DNA from: Erysipelotrichaceae bacterium
Lineage (GTDB): Bacteria; Bacillota_I; Bacilli_A; Erysipelotrichales; Erysipelotrichaceae
Length of the DNA: 32,000 bases
Direction: 5' to 3'
Assembly: GCA_963663995.1 (NCBI GenBank)
Contig: OY760660.1
Span: 840,001-872,000, forward strand
Part shown: piece by piece, positions 9,370 through 19,600 of the stretch
Position numbering within the stretch: the stretch's first letter is position 1
How the letters are laid out: each line of letters starts with the position of its first letter
The notes under the pieces: model-generated
What the model saw: the letters and a program-made list of their open reading frames with translations, nothing else
What the model was told of the DNA's origin: nothing
Database searches by the model: none
Made by a program: the position numbers and the translations under genes

Positions 9370-11946
9370 CTAACTAATCTTTTTCTTTCTTCTCCTGTTG
9401 ATAAAATTAATACTAATGAGAATTGCAGATATTAATGTTACCCATGCTCCAATTTTTAAATATTTAGGAAAATACTCTGCGTTAATTTGATAATTGCCTG
9501 GTGGTAATTTAAACCCAATAAAGCCACCATTAATTTTCTCAAAATTTATTTTATCGTTATTTGCGTAAATTGTCCATGAATCATCAAATGCAATTGATGT
9601 GACAACATATGATTCATTATTTAATGTTATTTTTGCTTCAAATGAATTCTGTCCTATTTCAATATCATTAGCAAAGCCTTTTGATATCTTGCTGTACCAC
9701 TCACCATAATAGTCAAATGGCTGATCTATATACAAATTGTTAATAAATTCTTCTTCTGGTACATTATATAAATTACTTACTCTAACTTTTATTTGATCAA
9801 CATAAGTATCACAATAAAGACTTACATATTGAGGTTCATAATTATAAAAGGATTTAACTAATTCTCCTCCAAAGTATGCATCAATCCAAACTTCTTCACT
9901 ACGTGGTAATTCAACATAAACTGTAAAATCTTTTTTAGCTTCTTCAAAATTCAGTTCATAATCTGTCCCAAAACTATTAATAAATTCTAAATTGTCGATA
10001 TATGTAGGCTCTGTAACGGGTGAATCATATGTAATAACTTGATTCATCAATGTCCGCATTTTATCCAATGTTGATAACTCTAACCATGCATTATAGTTTA
10101 ATGTATTATTCATACTATAAATAAAAGGTATTGGATAATTGTTTTCGTAAACATCTACCAGCTGATCACTATAAACAACCTGCATTAAATTAGAGTAACC
10201 ATATGGTGCAGCTGCATTATTCGTTAAATCAAACCAATATTTTGAAGCAAACATTTCTTTATACTGCCATTTACCGATATTGTTTGTAACAACCCAACCG
10301 CCTGCACTAGCGATATTGTTTTGAATAAAATCATCCACATTAAAGTTATATACAGAACTATAAAAAGTAAATCCCATATATTCTTTGCTCATTGGATTAT
10401 TAAAGCCTGCATTCTCTAAAACATCGATTCGATAAATCCCATCGTCATATTTTTTAATAGAATCAATTACTGAAGTATTATTCAACTGATAAGCTGGAAT
10501 TTCAGATGCTTTCATTGAAATACTCGAAACAGGATTAAAAAACATATTATACATAGAATATGCACCATCAAAACAAATCGTTAATATTAGTAAATATTTA
10601 AATATTTTATTTTTTTCAAAGTACCATAATGAAAGAAAATAGATAAAAATAACAGCTGATAAAACAATCACATTTCTTTTTGCTATATTGAAATAAATTT
10701 CTTCATTTTGTAATCCATACCAACGTGAGATTAAATAAGTGAATCCTAATAACCCAATTACAAGAAAAGTACTTAATAGAAGTAATTTCTTGTTTATTTG
10801 CTTCAGATCATTAAGTATCAATGAAACAACATAAGCATTAATAAAAATAATGCCAATCATCCATCGCGTGTCACTATTACCTTGAAGTAGAAAATATAAA
10901 CTTGGAAAAAGCAATATCGTGAAGTAAAAAAGATATGTTAATAATAAACTATTTCTTTCAAAGCTTTTTTTATAGACAAGTAGTTGAGGAATTATTAACA
11001 TACTTATAATTAATGAATAAACAGCTGATCCCCCACTATGTCCATAAGAAAGTACAATATTCTTATTCACTAATGGATTAAAGTTATTTCGATCAACCAC
11101 TGGTTGTAGAAAACTGCTTATGTATCTAAATGCATCTCGTAATGAAATCATTGAAAAAGATGAGTTAGTGGTAGTGATACGTGAAGTGGATAAAAGTAAT
11201 TGTAAATTAGGTAAAAATATTACTGATCCTAAGCCTAATCCAATTATATAAATGAGTGTAAATTTCAATCCATCTTTAATAGTATCTGATAAGTTAAATG
11301 TATTCTTCTTAATTTGATAGCGAACTAGTGTGTAAATAAGAATAAAAATGGAAAACAAAATTGTTAAATAAGCATTTATGATAGCCATTACTGCTACACT
11401 AAAAATTAAACCATAGATTTTTTTAGAATCATCCAGATAACTCTCAATAAAATATAGAATTAAAGGGACAAAAATCAAAACATCAGTAAAAAAAGTGTAA
11501 TTATAATAGCCCATTACAAAACCATTGAAGGTTAAGATACTTGCACCTGCATAAATAGCAATTTTATTTGTTCTAATTTTTGAGAAATATAAATATGAAG
11601 TAAAAAATAATAAGAATAATTTTAAGATATTCACAAACATGAATGCGTATGGAATAAATTCAATTTTAGGTAAAATAGCTAATAATATCCAAAATGGTGA
11701 AAATAGAAAGTAATATCCATATACAAAGATTGATGCCCCAAAATAATGATTCCAATCCCAGAATGTTACTCCTTTTTCTCTGACAAGATTATAACCTCTC
11801 ATAATAAAACGAATGACTTGTTCAATCATGTCATAATGAAATACTTGAACAGATGAATTAAAAAATATGTAATAAGAGATTACAGTTATTAAAACTAAAG
11901 CTGTAACATAAATTGGCCAATGTTTTGTGAAATGATTTTTTAGCAT
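9370..11946 (-). CDS. YfhO-family polytopic membrane glycosyltransferase (GT-C)
   Basis: 858 aa, the same size class as B. subtilis YfhO. A multi-TM N-terminal half is followed by a large extracytoplasmic domain and a final TM. The C-terminal signature VTSIAFDDSWTIYANNDKINFEKINGGFIGFKLPPGNYQINAEYFP is shared with the two other YfhO modules in the window. Confidence 0.85.
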   Translation of the reverse strand: MLKNHFTKHWPIYVTALVLITVISYYIFFNSSVQVFHYDMIEQVIRFIMRGYNLVREKGVTFWDWNHYFGASIFVYGYYFLFSPFWILLAILPKIEFIPYAFMFVNILKLFLLFFTSYLYFSKIRTNKIAIYAGASILTFNGFVMGYYNYTFFTDVLIFVPLILYFIESYLDDSKKIYGLIFSVAVMAIINAYLTILFSIFILIYTLVRYQIKKNTFNLSDTIKDGLKFTLIYIIGLGLGSVIFLPNLQLLLSTSRITTTNSSFSMISLRDAFRYISSFLQPVVDRNNFNPLVNKNIVLSYGHSGGSAVYSLIISMLIIPQLLVYKKSFERNSLLLTYLFYFTILLFPSLYFLLQGNSDTRWMIGIIFINAYVVSLILNDLKQINKKLLLLSTFLVIGLLGFTYLISRWYGLQNEEIYFNIAKRNVIVLSAVIFIYFLSLWYFEKNKIFKYLLILTICFDGAYSMYNMFFNPVSSISMKASEIPAYQLNNTSVIDSIKKYDDGIYRIDVLENAGFNNPMSKEYMGFTFYSSVYNFNVDDFIQNNIASAGGWVVTNNIGKWQYKEMFASKYWFDLTNNAAAPYGYSNLMQVVYSDQLVDVYENNYPIPFIYSMNNTLNYNAWLELSTLDKMRTLMNQVITYDSPVTEPTYIDNLEFINSFGTDYELNFEEAKKDFTVYVELPRSEEVWIDAYFGGELVKSFYNYEPQYVSLYCDTYVDQIKVRVSNLYNVPEEEFINNLYIDQPFDYYGEWYSKISKGFANDIEIGQNSFEAKITLNNESYVVTSIAFDDSWTIYANNDKINFEKINGGFIGFKLPPGNYQINAEYFPKYLKIGAWVTLISAILISINFINRRRKKKIS

Positions 11947-11947
11947 T

Positions 11948-12886
11948 CTATTTATTCTTTAATTGTTCTATAGAATCATAAACATATGGTTTGTTTACAG
12001 TTCGTTCTCTTAATAACATATCTAAATATTTTAAAATCATTGAAAGAACTAGAAATAATCCCGAGAAACTAATCGTTAAAAACATCATGGAAGTCGTCCA
12101 ACCACTCGCAATATTTTTTACAACTAGATATGATCCAATGACAAATGCAATCATTAATATTGAGAAGACAAAAAACAACATGGATAGACCTATAGAAATT
12201 GTTGATGCGATATGTGAATAACGAATCATAATCTCATAACCTAAATTAAATTTTTTAGTAAAACTCAATTGATTATAATCTGTTTTAAATGTGGGTTGAT
12301 AGAACTCAACAGTGCTAGGTAAACCAGAATAATGATATGACGCTTTTCGATAATTGATATTTGTGTTTAAAATACCAACTCTATTAATCGCTCTTCTTGA
12401 TAAGATTCTTGCTGTTTCAGTGTACAATTTCATATTTCGAGGAGATGAAATTTCGAGTAAACGATAGAACACTTTATTAAAAAATGATGGTTTAACATTG
12501 GGGGATAATGCCACGATATCAAACCCAGTTAAACTTTTTTTATAGATGTCAATTAAAAGTGAAACATCATAATCTATACTTAAAGTATCAAATTCAAATA
12601 TATAATCACCAATCGCTACTTTTTGGCCTGATACCATTGCTAATTCTAAACCGTGAAAATATGATAGGTTTAAAATTGTAATAGGTGCATGAAACTTGTC
12701 TTGAATTGCTTTTACTTTATCAATTGATTTATCTTGAGAAAAATCATTTATTAAAATAATTTCAAAATTCGTGAAATTTTCAGTAAACATTTCATCGATT
12801 TCAAGTAAATTCTTTTCAATAAAACTTTCATCATTGTGAACATATATAACCAGAGAAATATAGTTCTTTTCTTTTTGTACGTACAT
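11948..12886 (-). CDS. Divergent GtrB/CsbB-like GT2 with C-terminal TM hairpin; catalytic motifs degenerate
   Basis: 312 aa, colinear with the GtrB-like proteins (GT2 domain plus two C-terminal TMs plus a terminal KPYVY box). However NDGS is replaced by NDFS, SRNFGKE by SYFHGLE, and DADLQDPP by FDTLSIDYD. RBS AAGGAG lies 5-6 nt upstream of ATG 12886. Confidence 0.7.
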   Translation of the reverse strand: MYVQKEKNYISLVIYVHNDESFIEKNLLEIDEMFTENFTNFEIILINDFSQDKSIDKVKAIQDKFHAPITILNLSYFHGLELAMVSGQKVAIGDYIFEFDTLSIDYDVSLLIDIYKKSLTGFDIVALSPNVKPSFFNKVFYRLLEISSPRNMKLYTETARILSRRAINRVGILNTNINYRKASYHYSGLPSTVEFYQPTFKTDYNQLSFTKKFNLGYEIMIRYSHIASTISIGLSMLFFVFSILMIAFVIGSYLVVKNIASGWTTSMMFLTISFSGLFLVLSMILKYLDMLLRERTVNKPYVYDSIEQLKNK

Positions 12887-12894
12887 AGGGCTCC

Positions 12895-14013
12895 TTACAA
12901 TACATCATTTAAATCATAAATTGTGTTTATTTTACCTGAGAAAACTGTAATAAATGTTGGGTTTTCAGAATATTGTTTAATAACTGTTGGTCGTGAGTCA
13001 TCAATTTCAGTTGTTTTTAAGATAGGTTTAATCGTGAAAAGTGAATCTACATATTCTATTTGAATATCGTCTCTAAGATATTTTTTTGCTAAATGATACA
13101 TCTTTGGCCATGCAGTTACAGGTTTACAAGGACAAGTATTACAATTCTGCATATTGTGTGGCGTGCAATTTGAACAACCCTTTTGACAATCATATGTTGG
13201 AAATTCATCATATGACGTTTTATGAGGAGTAAAGGTAACCGATGTTAATGAATGATAGCCAGTCTTACCGAATGGCATTAATGAAAAGAATGGACCATCC
13301 ATCACTGTAATTCCTACATTTTCAATCGAACTTGATACCTTACATAAAATAATTTCGCAAAGTTCATATTTAATATTTAAGCTTGGAAAATTCATTAAGC
13401 TCAAAATATGATTTGTCCCAGCATATGTCGCATTTAATAGATAAGGTGTTAAATACTGATTATTTTCTTCATCTATCAAATATAAATCATTTTCTTTTTT
13501 AATAGCTTTAATTCTTTGTTTATATTTAATTGTAAAGTTTGAATATGTTTGGCATTTTGCCATTAACTCATTTCCAACAATTTTCGCATCAAAAGAATAT
13601 TCGACAGTATCATAAACACCATCGGTTGTACCACTTGTAAAAAACAATGATTCTGAAATCGGACTATGAGGTATATTATTATCTATACAAAATTTCTCAA
13701 ATTGTTCACCATTTGTCCAAGAAAAGTCATCTGAAATGGCATATACTTTTCTAAATTCATTGTTGATTGAAGCAGGAAAATCTTGTACAAATTTATCAAA
13801 ATAATCTCGTGATTTTACTGCAGTTGATCGACTTCTTGGGTAATGATAACCATTGTGTACACGAGCTTGATTTATGTAAGTTCCGCGCATAAAAAAACTT
13901 TCATCATATTCCAGAACCAATACATTCATTCCTTTTTCAAGGCTTTTTATAGCTGCGTATAAACCATAAATTCCAGCACCTAATATGATGCGGTCATATT
14001 TGTTTTTAGACAT
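12895..14013 (-). CDS. FAD-dependent oxidoreductase (DAO / hydroxy-acid-oxidase-like) with Cys-rich insert
   Basis: 372 aa. N-terminal dinucleotide fold RIILGAGIYGLYAAIKSLEKGMNVLVLE, then a VHNGYHYPRS motif reminiscent of the LhgO / glycerol-3-phosphate oxidase-type DAO family. Six Cys occur in CQKGCSNCTPHNMQNCNTCPC. AGGAG lies 7 nt upstream of ATG 14013. Confidence 0.8.
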   Translation of the reverse strand: MSKNKYDRIILGAGIYGLYAAIKSLEKGMNVLVLEYDESFFMRGTYINQARVHNGYHYPRSRSTAVKSRDYFDKFVQDFPASINNEFRKVYAISDDFSWTNGEQFEKFCIDNNIPHSPISESLFFTSGTTDGVYDTVEYSFDAKIVGNELMAKCQTYSNFTIKYKQRIKAIKKENDLYLIDEENNQYLTPYLLNATYAGTNHILSLMNFPSLNIKYELCEIILCKVSSSIENVGITVMDGPFFSLMPFGKTGYHSLTSVTFTPHKTSYDEFPTYDCQKGCSNCTPHNMQNCNTCPCKPVTAWPKMYHLAKKYLRDDIQIEYVDSLFTIKPILKTTEIDDSRPTVIKQYSENPTFITVFSGKINTIYDLNDVL

Positions 14014-14824
14014 TAAAGACTCCTACTTGAAATGCTATATCTCTAATATACGTTAAAGTAGATTTTATTTCATCAATATTTGGTCCTGATTTCATTTCAA
14101 TTGAAACAAAATTTGAATAATTTAGACTTTTTAATATCTTCAATAAATCTATGTGTAATTCTTTGTGATTTTTGTCTATAAGAGCTAAATATGGTTCACT
14201 GATATGAACATGTTTAATAAATTTAATTAATTCGCTATTTAATATATCCACAATATTTTCTTCATTTTCTATGATAGTTCCTAAATCTAAGTTAACACCT
14301 ATCATTTCTTCATTAATCTCTTTTACGAATGCGAAAACTTCACTACTTGTATTTAAGAAGTTTGTATTATAAATTTTTGGATTTGCTTCTAAAGCAATAT
14401 TTACATTGAAACGCTTGCACATTTTCCCTAACTCTTTAAAGAAAAATTTGGCATTAGATAATTCATCATTAGTATTAACATTTCTTATTGAGGGTGAACC
14501 AAATACTAAATTAGGAATCTTCATTGTTTGCGCAAACATACAAATATTTTCAAACTGATTTAAATAATATTTAACATTTTTATCAGAACAAAAAATGGGT
14601 TCTTTCTGACCAAATAAAATTGACTGCATGCTTATCGGTTGAATGTTAACTTGTTCAAGTTGATTTATTACATGAATCAAATCATTTTTAGATTGAAAAT
14701 ATGGTTTATCAAACAAACGTGTGGGAGCGATTTCTAAGTGATTAATTTCTAAATCATTTAGGATATCATACATTTTATTATCATCGTCTTTAGTCCATGC
14801 AATATTTGAAATAGCTAACTTCAT
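14006..14824 (-). CDS. Sugar phosphate isomerase/epimerase (xylose-isomerase-like TIM barrel)
   Basis: 272 aa with the strand-end pattern of the AP_endonuc_2 / xylose-isomerase-like fold: LEIAP, LVFGSP, IALEAN, VNLDLG, HVHISE, VSIEM. ATGA overlap with the upstream SDR gene at 14821..14824. Confidence 0.75.
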   Translation of the reverse strand: MKLAISNIAWTKDDDNKMYDILNDLEINHLEIAPTRLFDKPYFQSKNDLIHVINQLEQVNIQPISMQSILFGQKEPIFCSDKNVKYYLNQFENICMFAQTMKIPNLVFGSPSIRNVNTNDELSNAKFFFKELGKMCKRFNVNIALEANPKIYNTNFLNTSSEVFAFVKEINEEMIGVNLDLGTIIENEENIVDILNSELIKFIKHVHISEPYLALIDKNHKELHIDLLKILKSLNYSNFVSIEMKSGPNIDEIKSTLTYIRDIAFQVGVFNV

Positions 14825-15756
14825 TTTTGTTCACCATTTATAAAAATTTCAATCGAATTTAAGACCTCATCTTTATTTATCAAGTAATGAGAATCCTTAT
14901 TAAATAAGTTTGCATATTTTGTCCACATATTATAAAACTGTGGTTTTCGTTCTAATCTATTGTTAAATTGAACTTTATTTATTTTTTCATATATTTCATA
15001 TGCAAAAACAGGTTCAGTCGCCAAATTTAAAACTTGTATTTCATTCTTTATAGCTACTTCAATATCACTAAAAAGTCGATTAAGCCCATAATATTGAAAA
15101 CAGTCATCTTGATCTGTAAACATTAAACTTGTACAGTTATTATTCTTAAGTACAGTTAATAATAATTCTGATTGATTCTCTTTCAATTTATATGAACCAT
15201 TTACAAATTCATACGATTTTATAATTTCTTGAAAGTCTTCTACACTTATTTGTGATTGAAGTTTTTGATAAAGAGGTGTATTTAAACTTGCTGGGACAGG
15301 GTTCATAAGATCGTAAATGAAGTTCTTTTTTAAACCTTTCCCAAATAATGCCGGTAATCTAAGAATGGATACTTTCTCAAAATATTTGATAGCTAATTCT
15401 TCAGCATATTTACGATTTTTACCATAGGCATGATGATTACTTACATCAAAAAAAGTAGATTCATCTACTTCATCACAATCTGGGAACACATCAATTGTGG
15501 ATATTAAAACAAAGTATCTGGTTTTAACATTTTTTAAAACATTGAACAAGTCATCAATTGATTTTAAATCTTCTTCTGGATATTGATTGGCATACCATTT
15601 TTGAGCACGAATACCCGCACAAACAACTAAGTCATAATCCTCATTAACAATTTCTTCAATATTTTTTGAATTATAAAGATGTGTAAAGTCAAATTGATCC
15701 TTTAAGTTTGATCCAACAAAACCTGTATACCCTATTAATGCTGTTTTTTTATTCAT
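14821..15756 (-). CDS. NAD(P)-dependent epimerase/reductase-like (extended SDR)
   Basis: 311 aa. N-terminal ALIGYTGFVGSNL (GxxGxxG), then LISTIDVF, and HAYGKNRKYAE at the catalytic Tyr/Lys position. 8-nt overlap with the upstream GtrB-like gene. Confidence 0.72.
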   Translation of the reverse strand: MNKKTALIGYTGFVGSNLKDQFDFTHLYNSKNIEEIVNEDYDLVVCAGIRAQKWYANQYPEEDLKSIDDLFNVLKNVKTRYFVLISTIDVFPDCDEVDESTFFDVSNHHAYGKNRKYAEELAIKYFEKVSILRLPALFGKGLKKNFIYDLMNPVPASLNTPLYQKLQSQISVEDFQEIIKSYEFVNGSYKLKENQSELLLTVLKNNNCTSLMFTDQDDCFQYYGLNRLFSDIEVAIKNEIQVLNLATEPVFAYEIYEKINKVQFNNRLERKPQFYNMWTKYANLFNKDSHYLINKDEVLNSIEIFINGEQK

Positions 15757-16678
15757 TATTTTTTAAATCACTTTCAAAATATTCTTTAATAATATAATTT
15801 GGTCTTCCCTTTATTTCAATAAACAACAAAGCCATATATTCAGCAATAATACTTAAAAATATAAACACGAAAGCAAATAGCCAAAAATAAACAAGAGCAC
15901 TTATACTTTGTTCAAAGTTTTTCTCGATTAATAAATATATTGAAAAGATAAATAAGATTATTACATATAAACTTGTAAACAAAGAAACAAGCTTTAAAGG
16001 TTGGTTGGTTGAGACCAAAATATTATGTTTTGCTAATTTTAGTTTTTTGGGAATATTATATTTAGTAACCCCTGCTGCTCGATCAATATCTTCATAGCCG
16101 ATATAGGTTGTTTTAAACCCCACCCATGACCATATATTTTTAATATATCTTCTATTTTCCTTTAAACTTAAAATTGTTTGCGCAACTTGTTTAGTAAATA
16201 GTCGATATTCTCTTTCATTATTCATTACTTTATCGTTGCTTAAAATATTAAAAATTCGATAGTAAGTTTCAGAGTAAAGTTTAGTAAAGAGTGATTGTGA
16301 TTTACGTGAAGTACGATATGTTCCAACTTGATCATAACCTTCATTTTCAATTTTACTAATCATTTCAGATAATAAATAAGGGGGATCTTGTAGGTCAGCA
16401 TCCATTAAAGCTATTAAATCACCTTTAGCACTTTTTAAACCTGCTTCAATGACACCTTCTTTACCAAAGTTTCGAGATAAACTAATACCAGTAATATTTT
16501 TATCTTTTTCTGACAAGTTTTTAATAATATTAAAAGTATCATCGTTACTACCATCATTCACAAAGATAATTTCATAGTTTCTTTTTAATGATATTAGAAC
16601 TTTAGTTAATTCAAGATAAGTTGTTTCAATAACTGCTTCTTCATTGAAACAAGGGATGATAACTGATAAAGTTTTCAT
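15749..16678 (-). CDS. Polyprenyl-phosphate sugar synthase, GtrB/CsbB-type GT2
   Basis: 309 aa with LSVIIPCFNEE, VNDGSNDDT, SRNFGKE and DADLQDPP motifs, two C-terminal TMs and a terminal GRPNYIIKE box. ATGA overlap with the upstream fusion gene at 16675..16678. Confidence 0.9.
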   Translation of the reverse strand: MKTLSVIIPCFNEEAVIETTYLELTKVLISLKRNYEIIFVNDGSNDDTFNIIKNLSEKDKNITGISLSRNFGKEGVIEAGLKSAKGDLIALMDADLQDPPYLLSEMISKIENEGYDQVGTYRTSRKSQSLFTKLYSETYYRIFNILSNDKVMNNEREYRLFTKQVAQTILSLKENRRYIKNIWSWVGFKTTYIGYEDIDRAAGVTKYNIPKKLKLAKHNILVSTNQPLKLVSLFTSLYVIILFIFSIYLLIEKNFEQSISALVYFWLFAFVFIFLSIIAEYMALLFIEIKGRPNYIIKEYFESDLKNNE

Positions 16679-19600
16679 ACTTTTTTAAATCTCCTATTAC
16701 CTTTTATCTTTTCAAATGACTTCAAACCAAAGATTACAGAAATTAATCCAACAAAAATAGCAGATAAATATCCACTAATCTTTTGTATAAGTGTACCATT
16801 ATAAAAAATATAAAGTCTACCTTCTTTAATATCACCTAAATCAACATTTAAAAGTGATTTGCTATCTTTTGTTGTTTTCAATAAGATATATTTACCATTA
16901 TCATCATAGAATGCTCCATAACCTTTATAGTACAAAAGTGGTAATTCTAATTGCGTATTTATATAAGCACCCTGATTAAAATCAACTACATAATTTAGTT
17001 GATTGTTTGAGTATGATATTTCAATAGGGTTTGAGGCATTTATAACTTTATTAGATGCATTTTGAGCTAAATTATCCATGTCAGCACTTTCAGGTAAAAA
17101 TTCAGCATAGTAATATTCAATTGAATACCTAGGGAAATTATCATACCAATACCCAATCATTTTTACATTATAGTAATAGTTAGTCATATATAGGTATTGA
17201 ACAGATATTAAAACTAAAGTTAAAACTTGGATCCACTTGCCTTTTTCAATAACGATTTCATTTATAAAATATGCGGTTAAAATACTTAAGAAAAAAGTTA
17301 ATACAAAATATAGTCTAAATGGAAATTGAATAAAATTAAGGAAAGATATCCAGTTAATTGGTATCACATTTGACACAATAAATAAAGTTGCTAGTGAAAT
17401 AATAAAAGAAAATAATAGTACTTGATTTTTTATAATACTCTTAAATCTAAAAATCAATCCAATAATTGGAATTAAAAATAAATACCATTCTATACCATTA
17501 GGAAATACAGCGAGTTGAGGACTGATAAAAACCAATTGAAAAATGTTATTTATTACATGTTCATGTAAATTAGTCCATGGTGTTTGATATTGGAAAGTAT
17601 CACTAAACATCATTTCTAGTAAAGGTAACCAATAGAATGCTGTTAATCCCAACGTAATGAATATTGCGAACAATATTTGTTTAATTTTATTTAATGAATG
17701 AATAAGAATTTTATAATTGAAAAGCGCGAAAATGAATAAAATAATAACCATAACAATGGTTGTAATCGTATGCGTTAAAATTAATCCAGACATGGAAAAA
17801 GCTAAAAGATAAGCTCTTGGTTTTTCATCATTTATTATTTTATATAATCCTAGAAAAACTAAAGGTACAAAGATGAATGCAACCCATTCACCTAAGGCTG
17901 CTCTTTCAAAAAAATCAGTGTAATTTCTATACACTGAAAAAGTATATAAAAAACTTGCTAATAGAGCTGCAGAACTTGATTTAAATAGATACTTTGAAGT
18001 CCAATACATTGAAAGTGCTGTAAGTAACGTTATTATTACTGCAAATATTTTATAGCTCAATATGAGGCTTAAACCAAAGTCCATCAAATAAACCGGAATA
18101 TAAAATAAACCTAAAGGGTAAAACAAGTTCACTGGATATCCATAACCATAATAAAAACCAGGTAATATTTTTAATTCACTAATATTAGATCTTAAAAGTT
18201 CAAATGATCCAACGATTCGTGAAAAATGATAAATAAGATCATGCCCAGAAGGTATACCTTTTAAAAGCATTGGAAAAATAAAAACAATTGGGATTAAAGT
18301 TAAAGAAATTAAATTTCTTTTTATTTTAAAAAATTTCATTAAATTTTGTTGTTTGTTTTTATGTTTAAAGAATTTTCGAACTTCGAAAAAGATTAAGAAA
18401 ATCAGTAAAATAAATCCAATAAATGTAGTTATCGCTCCTAACTTAAATCCTTCAGGCATAAAATACATTTTTATTGTGTTATCACCTGCATTAATAGGAA
18501 AACCTACAAACCCACCATTTACAGCATAGATTGGCACTGACTCATTGTTGACTGTTACTTTCCATCCCTTATCAAAAGCAATTGATGTTACAACAAAATT
18601 TCTATCTTCACTATAAATGTCTCCTAATAATAGATTCTGATATTTTTCAACATTTTTTATTGAAGCACTCGATGCATCTGATAAATAGGTTTTAATTATT
18701 TCAACATCATTTTCATCTGCAATTATTGTTTGATTTATGAGTGATATATCAGGATTTTTTACATAATCATCATAACTAATAACAAAATTATATGAGTTTG
18801 CGATAGGTCTATATTGATTATTTAGATAAAGTGGTAATCCATAAAAATCACCTATTAAAATAAAGTTTGAATGAGGCAATTCAGATTCACTAGTTACAAT
18901 TGAGTATTTAACACTCGCAAAATCTATGATGTCAGGGTTTGTAATATTCCAAGTCCAACCAAAACCTCGATCTAAACTAATAAGCTTAGATAAATTATCA
19001 ACACTATATTGATAGGTTGAATCATATGTTTTAACATCTGAATAATTATATAAAAGATTCATATTCAAACTTGAATACCAATAAATTGAATCATACGGTG
19101 CATAAATTCGATAATAACCATAATCACCATCTAATTCTTGAAGGTATTGGTTCAATTGATCCGGTGTTTTACCTAAAACAGTTTCTGATTTATTTACAAA
19201 GTCCCAATCTAACTTCTTATAGTTTGGATTCATATTAAACGTAAGATAACTTGCGAATATTATCTCAACTACTGAAATTATGATAATCCAAGTCTTTTTA
19301 TTCTTGTTATCCTTGAATAACACAAAATATATAACCCAAATAAAAATAATAGTTATGATGAACACTATCCATTGAAATGTATTATTGAAAGGATTTACAT
19401 TTAAAATCATAGATAAAACAGGAATATTCAAAAAAATTAGAAGCGAAATAATTAGTGATGTTTTTTTGAGTATTTTTAAATCAATAAATTCTATTTTATT
19501 AAAATATTTCATAGCTAGAACAATATTTAAAAAAATTAAGAACAAAGTCCATCGAAAAGAGTGTTCACTTAATCCATGCATAAATGAACCACCAATTGGA

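Noticed and set aside
13126-13188. CX3CX2C spacing read as a radical-SAM enzyme signature.
   Set aside because: The protein has an N-terminal FAD/NAD Rossmann motif and DAO-type layout. The motif lies in the C-terminal third rather than in an N-terminal radical-SAM core, and no SAM-binding motifs are seen. It is kept only as a possible metal site.
14006-14824. Possible ebo-like or inositol-catabolism (iol) link between the TIM-barrel gene here and the DHQS-like and TPP-enzyme genes at 29.9-32 kb.
   Set aside because: The genes are ~15 kb apart in different transcription units. No UbiA prenyltransferase, TatD or other Ebo/Iol components are present. Fold-family co-occurrence alone is insufficient.
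18337-18339. Internal ATG as the start of a separate gene, which would split the 1331-aa ORF into two.
   Set aside because: There is no stop codon in frame upstream and no SD-like sequence before this ATG, so I keep a single fused CDS. The junction is flagged for read-level verification.
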